Shown piece by piece: positions 1 to 10,028 of a stretch of 64,000 bases of DNA (positions are counted from its first letter, which is position 1; each line of letters begins with the position of its first letter). Source of the stretch: a virus; the IMG/VR virus record IMGVR_UViG_3300033145_000668, positions 31,175-95,174 of that record. The stretch is one strand, 5' to 3'. The notes below the pieces were generated by a model, which worked only from the letters and a program-made list of their open reading frames with translations, did not search any database and had not been told where the DNA came from. Position numbers and translations under genes: made by a program.

Positions 1-8
1 GTGTTGAA

Positions 9-689
9 ATGCCAACTAGTGATTCAATTGCTTATTGGAGATTTAATAAAAGTGGAACTATATTTAACGACGAAACTGGAAACTTTCCAGCAACTACTTT
101 TAGTGGAGTAGAACTTCAAGCTGGTGTATATGGAAATGGAAGTGCTTTAGCATTTGGAAGTCCTGCATATTGCACATATCCTTCATTAGGATTTGGTCCT
201 GGAAGTCCATTAAGTTTAACTGGCTGGTTACAATTAGGTTCTGATGGATTTAATGCATATAATTCTCAACCTGTTATACTTTCTAATTATTTAATATTAA
301 CAGTAAGAAATGATACAAATCAAATAAACTTTAGATATGATAATGCAGGAGCAAGAATCGTGGCATATCAATTAGGAACTGGAGATAGAGATTGGCATCA
401 TTTTGCTGGAATATTTGATGGTGGTAGTAGTACCTCGCTTTATGTAGATGGAATATTAAGAGATAGTGATGTTCATACAGCTGTACCAGCAGTAGATTAT
501 AATAACTATATTGGAAGATTTGGTGCTGAATTTTTTAGTGGATTAACCGATGGATTGAGAATTTACGATAGAGCTATATCATCATCAGAAGTAGGAAGCC
601 TCTACGAAGGAAAAACAATCCAACCACTTCTCGGAGATAGAAGAACAGGTTCAATATTAGAATATTCCGGAGGTTATCCAAATGTTTAA
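9..689 (+). CDS. LamG/concanavalin A-like domain virion (tail) protein, probably 5'-truncated by the window edge
   Basis: LamG_3 hallmarks 'IAYWRF', 'WHHFAGIFDG', 'LYVDG', 'DGLRIYDRAISSSEV'; the frame is open back to the window start. Confidence 0.75.
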   Translation: MPTSDSIAYWRFNKSGTIFNDETGNFPATTFSGVELQAGVYGNGSALAFGSPAYCTYPSLGFGPGSPLSLTGWLQLGSDGFNAYNSQPVILSNYLILTVRNDTNQINFRYDNAGARIVAYQLGTGDRDWHHFAGIFDGGSSTSLYVDGILRDSDVHTAVPAVDYNNYIGRFGAEFFSGLTDGLRIYDRAISSSEVGSLYEGKTIQPLLGDRRTGSILEYSGGYPNV

Positions 690-767
690 TCGTAGTGAAT
701 GGACTAAATTGCAACATAAAAATAATCCTAATTTTGGAATGAAATTTATAAATAAAAGGGGGTCAAA

Positions 768-1127
768 ATGATAAACAATTATGCAAAAAATAGAGCAATT
801 TTATTAATGGGAGGAAGTATTGCTGAAAATATTGATTATTTTATGATAGGTACTGGAAGTGCTACTGCAGTAGCCACACAAGATGCTCTAATAACACCAG
901 TAGATAGACAATTAGTAACAGCAACTACATATCCATCTCTTCAAAAAATAAAATTACAAGGTGATTGGAATAGTGTTGAAATGTCTGGAATTCAATTAAC
1001 TGAATTTGGTGTTGCAACAAGTGGAACGGGAACAACTGGTAGTATTTGGTCTAGAACTAATATTCCATCTTTAACATTCGATGGAACTAATGAACTTAGA
1101 TGCGAAGAGACGATATCTATATTTTAA
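768..1127 (+). CDS. Minor tail/baseplate (tail-collar-like) protein
   Basis: 'YFMIGTGS..A..TQDAL', 'LTEFGV' and 'SR.NIPSL.FDG' pattern typical of tail-collar-like proteins; lies between structural genes. Confidence 0.55.
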   Translation: MINNYAKNRAILLMGGSIAENIDYFMIGTGSATAVATQDALITPVDRQLVTATTYPSLQKIKLQGDWNSVEMSGIQLTEFGVATSGTGTTGSIWSRTNIPSLTFDGTNELRCEETISIF

Positions 1128-1269
1128 TAAATAAAAATAAAAAAGATAATTCTATAAATAATTTGATAAGTCTATGTATATCTTGCCATATGAGATTACA
1201 TAGATTAACGGATAAAACTATATAGATTTAAAATTAAACTTTATAAATGATAGATAATTTAATTTAAAA

Positions 1270-2301
1270 ATGGTAAACGAAGGAGATTTAAATAAAATAA
1301 ACGGTAATATTTGGTATGCCGGAGATGTAACTGCAGTAGTTAATGCTTTTGGTTTTATGTTAAAAGATTACTCACAAGTAATTTTTAATGCAGCTTATGA
1401 AACTTGGGACTCCAGACTAAATGGAGGAACACCAGATTTTATTAATGTAGATTATGATATTTTTATTGCTGATACAGCAGATACTAAAACTAATATTTCT
1501 TATAATTCAACTAAGGATTATTATTATACAAATTATCCCGACGCAAGTTTTACAACTTTAGATGAATTTAATGATTCCAGTGTTGATACAGGAATATGGG
1601 ATGTTGCTGTTACTGGAACCGGTAGTATTGTAGAAGGTGTAGCAAATTTAACCATAAGAGTTTCTGGAGGAGCAGGAACAGCAACTTTAACAACCGACGA
1701 TGATATTTTTGGAAATTATGCGAATAATATTAGAATACAACTTGCAAACACAGTTGACGGTCCAGCTACAGGAAGTCAAAATATTGAATTATATGATGGT
1801 ACTGATACTGTTATTTTATTATCTAAATCTCAATTTACTGATAATGATTTAATTGATATATCTAAAATTGATGCAAATAATGTTAAAATTAGAATAAATG
1901 GTGGTGCTTGGACTAATAAAGATATTAGTTCGTTATCAGGAACAATTAAATTAAGATTTAATTTATCTGATTCTAGTACTTTTGATTGGAATATTAATTG
2001 GATAAGATATTCTTCTGATACAATCACATCAACTTTAATTACAAATGTTGCTACAACTGCAAGTGCAACAATAACAAATGCCATGTTGTGTATTAATAGC
2101 GAAGATAATACAGATGCTGGAATAACTTACTATCTTTCTGCTGATAATGGTGCAAATTATGAAGAAGTTACGCCAAATAAAATTCATACATTTACTGATA
2201 CAGGAACTGAATTAAAATTAAAAGTGGAAGAAACTGGAATTGAAATTTATGCAAAAGATTTTACGGTTTATGAATATCTAGTTAAATATAATTTATATTA
2301 A
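1270..2301 (+). CDS. Putative tail fibre / receptor-binding structural protein
   Basis: T/D/N/S-rich and beta-rich; C-terminal 'YYLSADNGANYEEVTP...TGTELKLK' motif; TATA at 1240-1247. Confidence 0.5.
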   Translation: MVNEGDLNKINGNIWYAGDVTAVVNAFGFMLKDYSQVIFNAAYETWDSRLNGGTPDFINVDYDIFIADTADTKTNISYNSTKDYYYTNYPDASFTTLDEFNDSSVDTGIWDVAVTGTGSIVEGVANLTIRVSGGAGTATLTTDDDIFGNYANNIRIQLANTVDGPATGSQNIELYDGTDTVILLSKSQFTDNDLIDISKIDANNVKIRINGGAWTNKDISSLSGTIKLRFNLSDSSTFDWNINWIRYSSDTITSTLITNVATTASATITNAMLCINSEDNTDAGITYYLSADNGANYEEVTPNKIHTFTDTGTELKLKVEETGIEIYAKDFTVYEYLVKYNLY

Positions 2302-2568
2302 ATGACATACAAAAAAGAAGAAAACTACTGCACACTAAGTCCAGATGAATTATTCGGAGTAAGATTTAACCACGGATGTTATTTACACGATAGACAATAT
2401 CGAAATGAAGTTAAAAAAAGAAAAACAAGAGCGCAAGCAGATAAAGATTTAAGAGATAATATTTACAAAACATATTCTAAGAAAAATAAAAAAGTAACTG
2501 GATATATAGTAAGTAGAATTTACTATTATGCGGTAAAGGTATTTGCTGGTAGTGCTTGGGTTAAATGA
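2302..2568 (+). CDS. Small phospholipase A2-like/DUF1353-like protein
   Basis: 'CYLHDRQY', 'ADKDL' and 'YYYAVKVFAG' motifs. Confidence 0.5.
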   Translation: MTYKKEENYCTLSPDELFGVRFNHGCYLHDRQYRNEVKKRKTRAQADKDLRDNIYKTYSKKNKKVTGYIVSRIYYYAVKVFAGSAWVK

Positions 2569-2604
2569 TGATGACATACAAATTAAATTTAAATATAATT
2601 ATCA

Positions 2605-2859
2605 ATGGTTAAACAAAATTGTGATTTATCTAAAGAAAATCGTATTATAATAAATACTGTAAAAGAAAATATCAATAGTATAAAAACTTCAGTCGAAAAA
2701 ATTGAAAAATCTAATGGTGAAATGTTTAATCATTTTACGGAAAGATACGAGTCTATGTTTGAGAGGTTACGAAGCAGAGTTCCTGTTTGGGTAACAATAA
2801 TAACAACTACTATGAGTTCTGCTTTAGCTGGATTAATAGTATTATTAATTACTCTTTAA
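2605..2859 (+). CDS. Coiled-coil protein with C-terminal transmembrane anchor (holin/XhlA-like position)
   Basis: Heptad-like N-terminus, hydrophobic C-terminus 'VWVTIITTTMSSALAGLIVLLITL'. Confidence 0.45.
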   Translation: MVKQNCDLSKENRIIINTVKENINSIKTSVEKIEKSNGEMFNHFTERYESMFERLRSRVPVWVTIITTTMSSALAGLIVLLITL

Positions 2860-3085
2860 TAAACATGAATATACATATTACAATATAAATAATTTAGTGT
2901 AAATATGTTTAAAAGCAAACAAATTGGTATATATATGTTAAAACAAAGCGAATTAATATAAAAATACAAAAAAGTATTAAAAAGTACTACTATAAAACTT
3001 TTTAGTTCTCAAAACGTATTTAAAAATAAATCTAATAGTCAAATATGACAATATATAATTACAAGGAGGAATATAAATAATTAAA

Positions 3086-3718
3086 ATGACACAAAAAAAT
3101 AACACTGGATTGAAATTAGCAGCAGCAGTAACTGTAGGTTTATTAGTTGGTGGTTTTGCAACAGCAGGATATGTTAGTGACGATAGTAAAATTGACGACC
3201 TTAACATGAAAATTGCTGAATTAGAAAATATGCCAGCATCAGTAGCAGAGATTATTGAAGTTGAAGTAGATAACGGAAACTTAGATTTAGTTCTAAACAA
3301 TTTATATGATAACGCGGAAGATAATGAATATTTAGAATTATTAACAGACGATTTAGATGATGATGAAGTTAGTAAAATTACAGATAGAATTGTATTCATT
3401 AATGAAATTAAATCATTAGCAGTTAAAGCAGTAAAAGCCGAATTATACGACGAAGTTGATATGATGGATGTAGTTGAAAATTCTAGTGGTACAATTACAC
3501 CAATTCAATTAGATGAAGATGAATTATCAAGATTAAGAATTAACGACGATGATGATGAATTATCAGTTACAGTTGATGATTGGTCAGATAAAGAAGCTAC
3601 TGTTGAAGTAACTGGAACTTTTAGACAAAAGGACGATAACTTCGATTTTACTGCAAACGCAGTATTTGAAAACGGAGAATTTGATGAACTTAACATCGTT
3701 AGTATTACTCAACAATAA
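3086..3718 (+). CDS. Highly acidic secreted/membrane-anchored protein
   Basis: N-terminal signal/TM 'LKLAAAVTVGLLVGGFATAG', D/E-rich body, GGAGG RBS, T-rich tract after the stop. Confidence 0.6.
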   Translation: MTQKNNTGLKLAAAVTVGLLVGGFATAGYVSDDSKIDDLNMKIAELENMPASVAEIIEVEVDNGNLDLVLNNLYDNAEDNEYLELLTDDLDDDEVSKITDRIVFINEIKSLAVKAVKAELYDEVDMMDVVENSSGTITPIQLDEDELSRLRINDDDDELSVTVDDWSDKEATVEVTGTFRQKDDNFDFTANAVFENGEFDELNIVSITQQ

Positions 3719-3810
3719 ATAAACTATTAATTTAGTTTATTATTTTTTTTAAATTTTTAAACTTTTTTCTAAATAGAAACATTTATAAACCATAATATTG
3801 TATCAGTATT

Positions 3811-4383
3811 ATGGTAAATAATTCAAACGATTCAAAATTAGTAAGAAATTTCTTAATAGCCGGAGGTATCATATTCTTTTTTATAATGATTTCGATTATA
3901 TCTAATATATCAGATGCATCAAATATAGTTAAAAATGAATCGAATAAAATAAAAATAGAAACAGAAGAACATAAAATAAAAGAAGTTTCAAGCGATAAAA
4001 TTTCAAATGATGAAATTGAATATGCTGAATTAATATTAAAATTTAATTCATATATAATAAGTATAGACCAAGCTGCGGCTGATGTTTCTACTGCTGCATC
4101 GACTGGTAAAATTACTGCATATCAAGCCGGAGATTTATTTATTAAAGCCGAAAATACTTATAACATCGCGTTGATTACTTTAGATGAATTCAACGTTCCG
4201 ACTAAATACAAAATAGTTCACCAACATTATAGACAAGCTATAATTTATAAAATTGAAGCTATGTATTTAATTGCTGATGGTTTTTATATGAACGACGTTG
4301 ATAAAATAGATGCAGCTACAAATTATATTTATTTAGCTACAACAGAAATTGAAAAAGCTATATCTATTATAGAAAACTTTTAA
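3811..4383 (+). CDS. Membrane-anchored helical protein, unknown function
   Basis: N-terminal TM helix; TATA TTTATAAA at 3782-3789 (leaderless spacing). Confidence 0.6.
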   Translation: MVNNSNDSKLVRNFLIAGGIIFFFIMISIISNISDASNIVKNESNKIKIETEEHKIKEVSSDKISNDEIEYAELILKFNSYIISIDQAAADVSTAASTGKITAYQAGDLFIKAENTYNIALITLDEFNVPTKYKIVHQHYRQAIIYKIEAMYLIADGFYMNDVDKIDAATNYIYLATTEIEKAISIIENF

Positions 4384-4447
4384 ACTTCTTATGTACTCTA
4401 TAGAACGATAAAATATATAAACATGCGTTGTTTTATATGTATATAAA

Positions 4448-4951
4448 ATGGCAACTCAAACAAAAAAATGGTATAAAGAACAATTAAAACTTATAGATAA
4501 ATATTTACCAAAATTAAAAAAATTATTAAACACAGAAAATATTATATTAAATCCAGTTACTATAATAATTAATAAGAGAAAACATATGAGAAGTTTATGT
4601 GGTAGATGGGATGGTGAAAAAATAATTTTATATAAATACCATTATTCTGGTTTAACAAAAGAAACTTTATTACATGAATTATTACATTGTTTTATATCAC
4701 AAAATAAACTATGGAAATATGATAAAAAATCTAAATTATTTAATAAATTAGTATTAAACTTAAATACTAAAAAATTGAGAATTGGTAGTTGTCATGGTGC
4801 TTATTTATGGAAATATAAATGTAATTGTGGAGCTTGGTTAAAGACAAATGATAAACGTATAAATGGATGGAGATGTAGTCAATGTGGAGAACATATTAAA
4901 AAACCAATAATTAATATGACAAAGAAAATAGATTTTTTAATTAATCTTTAA
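4448..4951 (+). CDS. SprT-like zinc metalloprotease with Zn ribbon
   Basis: 'TLLHELLH' HExxH, then 'YKCNCG' and 'RCSQCG'. Confidence 0.75.
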   Translation: MATQTKKWYKEQLKLIDKYLPKLKKLLNTENIILNPVTIIINKRKHMRSLCGRWDGEKIILYKYHYSGLTKETLLHELLHCFISQNKLWKYDKKSKLFNKLVLNLNTKKLRIGSCHGAYLWKYKCNCGAWLKTNDKRINGWRCSQCGEHIKKPIINMTKKIDFLINL

Positions 4952-6079
4952 TTCTAATAAACATTCTTTTGCTTTAATTGCTGAATTGTTCCAAGTCCAT
5001 CTTTTAGAATCTTCTATAGCTATTTTACTTTTTTCAATAACTTCATTTTTATTATCATAAATATATCTCATTTGTTTTCTAATTTCTTTTATAGATGGAT
5101 ATTTCCACGATATATCTTCATACATTATATCCCACTTAACTTCTTTCATTTCTCCCTCCTTTAATAACCAACCATTTTCTTCGGTTACGAAATCAGATTG
5201 CCCACCATACTCCGTTGCCAAGACCGGTTTACCACAAGCCATTGCCTCCAACGGCGGAAGATTAAACGACTCTGCTAACGATGTAGTAACAAATACATCG
5301 CTTTTATTGTATAATGTGCTTAATTGGCTTAGAGTAATATTATCTGTAACAATGTTCAGTTTAGGTTTATTTGTATTTTGAATATCTAAATCTTTTATAT
5401 TTTTATCCAAGTCAACGCCATAACAAGCATTAATTTTTACTAACATCTCTGCATTATCTTCTTTAGTAAACTCTTCCATAAATGCTTTTATTCCATAACT
5501 TATTCCGCCTCTATCCTTCCACGAACTCGGCCAACCTTTGTTCATCATAAAAGTAAACTTATCACTAGCTTCTTTAGGTTGTTCTTCAAAAATAGATAAA
5601 TCAACTCCATGAGGAACTATTTTAATTTTATCTGCTATGTCAGGATGAAAACAAAAACTTTCTCCCTTATGTTCTACTCCCTTTATTGTTTGATTTAAAG
5701 TATTTAAAATAGCATTTTTTGTATGCATAGATGGAACCCAAATTTGAGTTACTCTTTCATCTTCTAAAATATTTAACCAACCTTTCGGTATTCGGTCGCC
5801 TTCGTGCACTACCATTCCTATGAATTTTTTGTCTTCGCATAGATAATATTCCCAACTCGGCGGAGTGCTTATTAATAAATTCACGTCAGCATCTAATCTG
5901 TTTCTTTGTATCATTTTTAATTCTTCGTCATTAACTCGTCTTAACCAATCTTCGGGTAGGTTAGTTGTAATACTAACGTCTATATTATCTAATTTATTCA
6001 GATGATTAGAAAATTGTCTAGCGTTATTTGAATATCCGTCGGTTCCAAAAAAAGACGAAATTATATTAACGTTTAACAT
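4937..6079 (-). CDS. Glycosyltransferase family 4 (GT-B)
   Basis: 'DGYSNNAR', 'VPHGVD', 'ESFNLPPLEAMACGKPV'; start set at MLNVNII. Confidence 0.9.
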   Translation of the reverse strand: MLNVNIISSFFGTDGYSNNARQFSNHLNKLDNIDVSITTNLPEDWLRRVNDEELKMIQRNRLDADVNLLISTPPSWEYYLCEDKKFIGMVVHEGDRIPKGWLNILEDERVTQIWVPSMHTKNAILNTLNQTIKGVEHKGESFCFHPDIADKIKIVPHGVDLSIFEEQPKEASDKFTFMMNKGWPSSWKDRGGISYGIKAFMEEFTKEDNAEMLVKINACYGVDLDKNIKDLDIQNTNKPKLNIVTDNITLSQLSTLYNKSDVFVTTSLAESFNLPPLEAMACGKPVLATEYGGQSDFVTEENGWLLKEGEMKEVKWDIMYEDISWKYPSIKEIRKQMRYIYDNKNEVIEKSKIAIEDSKRWTWNNSAIKAKECLLELKIN

Positions 6080-6683
6080 TTGAGTTCCCAAACAATTTAT
6101 TATCTGCACCGTGAAATAAATTCATAAATACTTGCAATTGCCAAATCCAATATTCTTTTCTTTTTTCCGCGTGTAACGTTCGATGACAACACCTACATAA
6201 TGAAATTAAATTATTATCGACGCAATTTAATTTATTATAATCTATATGATGAACAGATAGTGTTTCTTTTAATTTTTTATTTTTATTATTACATACTTGA
6301 CAAATAAGTTTATCTCTTCTTCTAATCTTTTGTCTTAATTCCTCAGTCCACTTTTCGGAATATCTTAATAATCCTCTATCTGCTATCCATAGATGATGTT
6401 CTTTACCTCTTTTCATTACTTGTAATTTTCGTTTTTCTCTTATAAGTTTTTTTGTTTTTTCGGTGTGAGGATGTCCTTTATGCGGAGGATTTATTTTGTT
6501 TAATCTACTTCTATTAGGATTCGGTCTTCCTCTTAACTTTTCAGCTTGTCTTTTAACACCTTCATTATTTTCTTTTGTAAACCCTTTTTTACTCGGATAA
6601 TCGTATTTTGTCCAAATATAAGATTTTGGATTTTTTGTTCCACCCTTTACAAATCTTCCCTTTTTATCTCTTTCTATTGTCAT
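6066..6683 (-). CDS. HNH homing endonuclease with NUMOD3-like repeats
   Basis: 'HTEKTKKLIR', 'RRDKLICQVC', 'VHHIDYNKLN..NNLISLCRCCH'. Confidence 0.85.
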   Translation of the reverse strand: MTIERDKKGRFVKGGTKNPKSYIWTKYDYPSKKGFTKENNEGVKRQAEKLRGRPNPNRSRLNKINPPHKGHPHTEKTKKLIREKRKLQVMKRGKEHHLWIADRGLLRYSEKWTEELRQKIRRRDKLICQVCNNKNKKLKETLSVHHIDYNKLNCVDNNLISLCRCCHRTLHAEKRKEYWIWQLQVFMNLFHGADNKLFGNSNVKR

Positions 6684-7450
6684 TTTATATCCGGTTTACC
6701 TCCTTTCTCGCTAAACCTCGACGAACTACTTGCTCCGCATTCCATACATCTATACCTTTGAAATTTAGAAATTCTTGTCATATAAAAACCATTCTTCTGT
6801 AATTTATTTTCTCCACAATTTGGACAAGCAAACTGTTTGTTTAAATATAATCCGTAATTAGGATGGTTTTTAATATAAGGTAAGAATCTCATATATAATT
6901 TCTCAGTTAATCTTACATCGCCTTTATTATATTTCATCATTAAGTTCCAAGCTTTTTTATCACCGCTCATACATTGTTTCCATAGTTTAAAACCAGTATG
7001 TGGTATCTTTTCTCCTAATTTTAAATGTTGTCCTAATGCATTTAATCCATTTTCATTAAACTTAAAATATTGTTTAGCAATTCTATATGTGTCGATATTT
7101 TTTACATCCGAAAAAGGTTTAAAACTATGATATAAGAATCTTGCATTTAATTTTCTAATATCAAAAGAAATACTATTATGTCCAATAACTATATCTGCCG
7201 AATCCAATAATTCCCACAACTTATTACATAACTCTAAATCATTAGTTTTATCTTTTTTATACAAACTAAAATCATTTAATTTGAATCCGTGAACTTTCTT
7301 TTCTCCTAACCATTTATATGCGAATGATAACATATACCATTCTTCTTTAAACTCTATTACATTCTGGTCGTACTTTCCCCATGTGTAAGATAAGTTTGGA
7401 GACGTTTCTATATCAAATATTAGTATCTTAGGTTTATTGTTTTCTTTCAT
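6680..7450 (-). CDS. RNase H-like (DnaQ/RNase_H_2) 3'-5' exonuclease with C-terminal Zn ribbon
   Basis: 'FDIET', 'GHNSISFD', 'YNKGDV', 'CPNCG...RYRCMECG'. Confidence 0.8.
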   Translation of the reverse strand: MKENNKPKILIFDIETSPNLSYTWGKYDQNVIEFKEEWYMLSFAYKWLGEKKVHGFKLNDFSLYKKDKTNDLELCNKLWELLDSADIVIGHNSISFDIRKLNARFLYHSFKPFSDVKNIDTYRIAKQYFKFNENGLNALGQHLKLGEKIPHTGFKLWKQCMSGDKKAWNLMMKYNKGDVRLTEKLYMRFLPYIKNHPNYGLYLNKQFACPNCGENKLQKNGFYMTRISKFQRYRCMECGASSSSRFSEKGGKPDIK

Positions 7451-7622
7451 TTTTCATTTGTAGCGTCATTTTAATATTTCTGATATCTTCTTCCATTTGT
7501 TTCATTCTTCTAACTAATTGTAAAATTGAAAATTCACCGTTCACCGTATAACTTTTTAAATATTTTAATACTTCGCTTCGTTGCGATGAATTCAGTTGTA
7601 TTCTATTTTGAAATGTGTTCAT
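7434..7622 (-). CDS. Hypothetical protein
   Basis: ORF abuts both neighbours in the operon. Confidence 0.45.
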   Translation of the reverse strand: MNTFQNRIQLNSSQRSEVLKYLKSYTVNGEFSILQLVRRMKQMEEDIRNIKMTLQMKNERKQ

Positions 7623-8527
7623 TATATAACACCTCTCATCAAATTAGTAGATTTAATATATTCGTCTGCATCTAACTTTCTTGGAATGGTGTCATTGCTC
7701 TCATAATATGTTTTTAAGAAATCACCGTGGCTTTCATGCATTCTTTTAACCGTGTCTTTAAATACTTGCATATTAAAACCAGCTTTATCTACAGTATCTC
7801 TTTCTCCTCCAGAAGGAGTCATCAGGTGGTAATTAACTGCCCCAGTATTTACCCCTAATTTAAATCCTTTTATAATAGCTTTAAAACTAAATATAGCTTC
7901 TTCTAAAAATCCGTGTTTACTTAATCTACTTTTATAATCAACGCCCGCTTTATGTAATTCTCTACGATACAAACACGAGCTTCTAAAATGAGGAGTTAAT
8001 AATATTTTTTCTTCAGTATAATGTTGTCCGCAATCATCACCCATATAAATAAGTTCTCCTTTTTCATTTAATTCACAGTATCCAATTACAGGCTCAACAA
8101 ACTTCACGTCTCTAACAACATTAGGTCCAGCAAACGCAGGAACGACTCCAGACATTAAATCATAACCTTGTTCTATCCCATATAATAACTTCTCAATATA
8201 ATCTGGTTCAACCGCAGAATCATCATCAATTCTACAAATCAATTCTTCTTTACCATTCTCCATAGTATAATCAACAAGTTGCTGTCTCGCTCCACTAACT
8301 CCAGCACTAATTTGATTTGTCAACATAGTTACATTATGTCCTTCTAATTTTAATCTATTAACAAGATAATTTACAAAATAAAAATTTGTAAGTGGAACTA
8401 ATGATGCGTCATCTAAGATTAAAATATTAAAATCTTGAAATGTTTGAGTTCTAAGACTTTGTAATAGTAAAGCTAATTCTGTTGCTCTGTTCTTTGATGC
8501 TATATGTATACTTATTTTTTTATTCAT
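7622..8527 (-). CDS. Glycosyltransferase family 2
   Basis: 'ISIHIASKNR', 'ILILDDAS', DxD-like 'RIDDD'. Confidence 0.85.
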   Translation of the reverse strand: MNKKISIHIASKNRATELALLLQSLRTQTFQDFNILILDDASLVPLTNFYFVNYLVNRLKLEGHNVTMLTNQISAGVSGARQQLVDYTMENGKEELICRIDDDSAVEPDYIEKLLYGIEQGYDLMSGVVPAFAGPNVVRDVKFVEPVIGYCELNEKGELIYMGDDCGQHYTEEKILLTPHFRSSCLYRRELHKAGVDYKSRLSKHGFLEEAIFSFKAIIKGFKLGVNTGAVNYHLMTPSGGERDTVDKAGFNMQVFKDTVKRMHESHGDFLKTYYESNDTIPRKLDADEYIKSTNLMRGVI

Positions 8528-9357
8528 TTTTTAATATCTACCTGACAGTCGAGACCATCAAGGAAGTGATTCATTTTTAACTTAATATCACAATAATTGC
8601 AATCTCCAAAATTAGAGCATTTTCTATACTGAGGTTTAGGTAAATTATGTTTTAACATTCCCGTAGCAAATTCGTCTTTGTATAAGTCTCGATGACATTT
8701 ATATATTAATCCGTCAGGAGCAATTAATAATTCTTTAGATTTACAAACTACATTTTCTAATTTCCCACTTAAACCTTCTGGATATTTATAGGTTCCATAT
8801 AATTGTCCATCTTGTTCTCCCATAAATTCTTTAGGATAAAAAAACAATTTTTTTAATCTAGTAATTTCTTCCATTTGATTGTTTTGTGCTCCTAATTCAG
8901 GACTAGTTAATCCAAATATACCTATTCTATATCCAGCATTTTGTAATTTTTCTGCTTTAGCTGCTAATTCATTTGGTTCCATTTGTGACGGATGATAACT
9001 TACTCTAATTGATTTATATGCCGGATTATCTTTATCGGTAAACCTTTCAGGAGTAGTATTTTTAATAAATTCATCGACATCAAATTGTAAATTAGTCAAT
9101 AAATCTACTTTAATATCATCTTTCAATCCATTTAATATTTTATAAAAATCCTTATGAATTGTCGGTTCTCCTCCTCCAAGAGTTAACGAAATATCTCTAA
9201 AATCAACTTTATTTAATTGTGCTATCCATTCATCACCCGACATTTCATTTCTTTTTCTTTTTACTGTTTTATTGTCATTAATACAATATGAACAATTAAG
9301 ATTGCATCGAAGAGTGAGGTAAGCTTCTACATAATTTATAGTTTCATCTATTTTCAT
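8524..9357 (-). CDS. Radical SAM protein with C-terminal Cys-rich (twitch/SPASM-like) domain
   Basis: CNLNCSYC, 'GGGEP', 'PDGLIYKC', 'CSNFGDCNYCD'. Confidence 0.9.
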   Translation of the reverse strand: MKIDETINYVEAYLTLRCNLNCSYCINDNKTVKRKRNEMSGDEWIAQLNKVDFRDISLTLGGGEPTIHKDFYKILNGLKDDIKVDLLTNLQFDVDEFIKNTTPERFTDKDNPAYKSIRVSYHPSQMEPNELAAKAEKLQNAGYRIGIFGLTSPELGAQNNQMEEITRLKKLFFYPKEFMGEQDGQLYGTYKYPEGLSGKLENVVCKSKELLIAPDGLIYKCHRDLYKDEFATGMLKHNLPKPQYRKCSNFGDCNYCDIKLKMNHFLDGLDCQVDIKK

Positions 9358-10028
9358 GGGCGACGCTTCTCCATTTTAGGATAAATAAACATATCAATAA
9401 TAGCATTATCTCCTCTCGTAGCAGTAAAATAAATTGCATCAACAACTTCTTTTACATCCATTTGTTCTGGATTAGGTTCATTAAAAGGTGTATTTGTTGC
9501 TCCTGGATAAATAGTACTAACAGAAATATTAGTATCTTGTTTAATTAATTCATCTCTAACCGAATGAGACATCCCAACGAGCGCATGCTTACTAGCTGAA
9601 TAAGGACTTAAAAATGCACACTCTCTAGTTCCAACAGTAGATGCAATATTTATTATTTTTCCATAACCTTGTTCTTTCATTATTGGTATTATATATTTCA
9701 TCATATTAAACGCACCTTTAACATTTACATCCATTACTTTATCAAATTCTTCTTCTGTAATATCTTCTAATTTTCCAGACGTTTTTGTTCCTGCATTATT
9801 AACGAGACATCCTATATTTTTAATATTTTTATATATTGCTTTTTTAACTTCTTCTGAATTACTTACGTCACATTTAAAAAAATAATTTTTAGTAAATTCT
9901 TTACTCAATCGTTCTACTCCTTCATCTGTAGTAGACGTTCCATAAACTCTCCAATCTTCTCTAACAAACTTTTTAGTTAATTCATATCCAATTCCGCTAC
10001 TTGCTCCTGTTATTAATATCGATTTCAT
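9354..10028 (-). CDS. Short-chain dehydrogenase/reductase
   Basis: TGASSGIG, NNAG, YSASK. Confidence 0.92.
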   Translation of the reverse strand: MKSILITGASSGIGYELTKKFVREDWRVYGTSTTDEGVERLSKEFTKNYFFKCDVSNSEEVKKAIYKNIKNIGCLVNNAGTKTSGKLEDITEEEFDKVMDVNVKGAFNMMKYIIPIMKEQGYGKIINIASTVGTRECAFLSPYSASKHALVGMSHSVRDELIKQDTNISVSTIYPGATNTPFNEPNPEQMDVKEVVDAIYFTATRGDNAIIDMFIYPKMEKRRP

